Part shown: one piece after another, positions 57,287 through 57,545 of the stretch
Numbering within the stretch: the first letter of the stretch is position 1
Layout of the letters: every line of letters begins with the position of its first letter
Virus record (IMG/VR): IMGVR_UViG_3300034523_000291
Coordinates: 1-57,545 of that record
Length of the DNA stretch: 57,545 nucleotides
Origin: a virus
Lineage: Duplodnaviria; Caudoviricetes
Reading direction: 5' to 3' (one strand)
Notes under the pieces: model-generated
Database searches by the model: none
Seen by the model: the letters and a program-made list of their open reading frames with translations, nothing else
Told to the model about the DNA's origin: nothing
Program-made: the position numbers and the translations under genes

Positions 57287-57335
57287 TAATCGAGCTTTGC
57301 CACTGATGCGACTCGAGGCGACGAGCTGTAAGACA

Positions 57336-57545
57336 TCACTCTGGCGACATCAACACCGCCAATGTGAGCTTGATGAATTCCTCATTGTGACTGAGCGTGT
57401 CCAGTGCGCCGCGTACATTCGCAGCAACCTCAGCGGAGCCGCGCTGCTCCACCCAGTTTGATAACTCCATGATCGATGCTTCGAGTGCCAGCTGATTTTC
57501 ATAGAGCTTGGAAACCAGGGAGGGGAGTAGGTCTGAATTCAGCAT
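57336..57545 (-). CDS. Hypothetical protein
   Basis: 69-aa ORF at window end. Confidence 0.6.
   Translation of the reverse strand: MLNSDLLPSLVSKLYENQLALEASIMELSNWVEQRGSAEVAANVRGALDTLSHNEEFIKLTLAVLMSPE

Larger units (their letters stand above)
1..57545. mobile_element. Lambdoid temperate prophage (siphovirus-type), near complete
   Basis: Canonical order integrase, early-left, immunity, replication, late, head, tail, lysis; att sites not seen in window. Confidence 0.97.

Noticed and set aside
1-57545. attL/attR direct repeats
   Set aside because: Window begins at the int stop codon and no terminal repeat pair is visible

Overview
The window is an essentially complete ~57 kb lambdoid (siphovirus-type) prophage, most likely from a Pseudomonas (inferred from protein families and high GC). 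Gene order: integrase/excisionase; a leftward early operon (degraded methyltransferases, PAPS-reductase-like protein, Gp157, Sak-like annealase, GHKL ATPase) interleaved with oppositely oriented accessory genes; a long pL leader with boxA; an immunity region packed with cassettes; CI/Cro/CII with five ATAAG-N4-CTTAT operators; Rha-antirepressor; replication genes with iterons; NinG and a Q-position gene; morons (GvpU-like, pagL); holins; terminase, head and lambda-like tail; GH19 endolysin with Rz/Rz1; a Dam-like methylase; SRAP and an SOS-boxed gene. The att sites are not visible. Best leads: (1) a PAPS-reductase-like gene plus a multi-reader HNH nuclease that appear to have replaced a cytosine methyltransferase; (2) an unannotated 43-aa secreted Cys/His peptide near an HTH-metallopeptidase two-gene unit in the immunity region; (3) envelope-altering morons (TonB-C lipoprotein, PagL, an Imm-like gene frameshifted in a homopolymer); (4) a GCGCCACG-N18/19-CGTGGCGC palindrome present three times. 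All family assignments are by motif recognition from memory; no searches were run.
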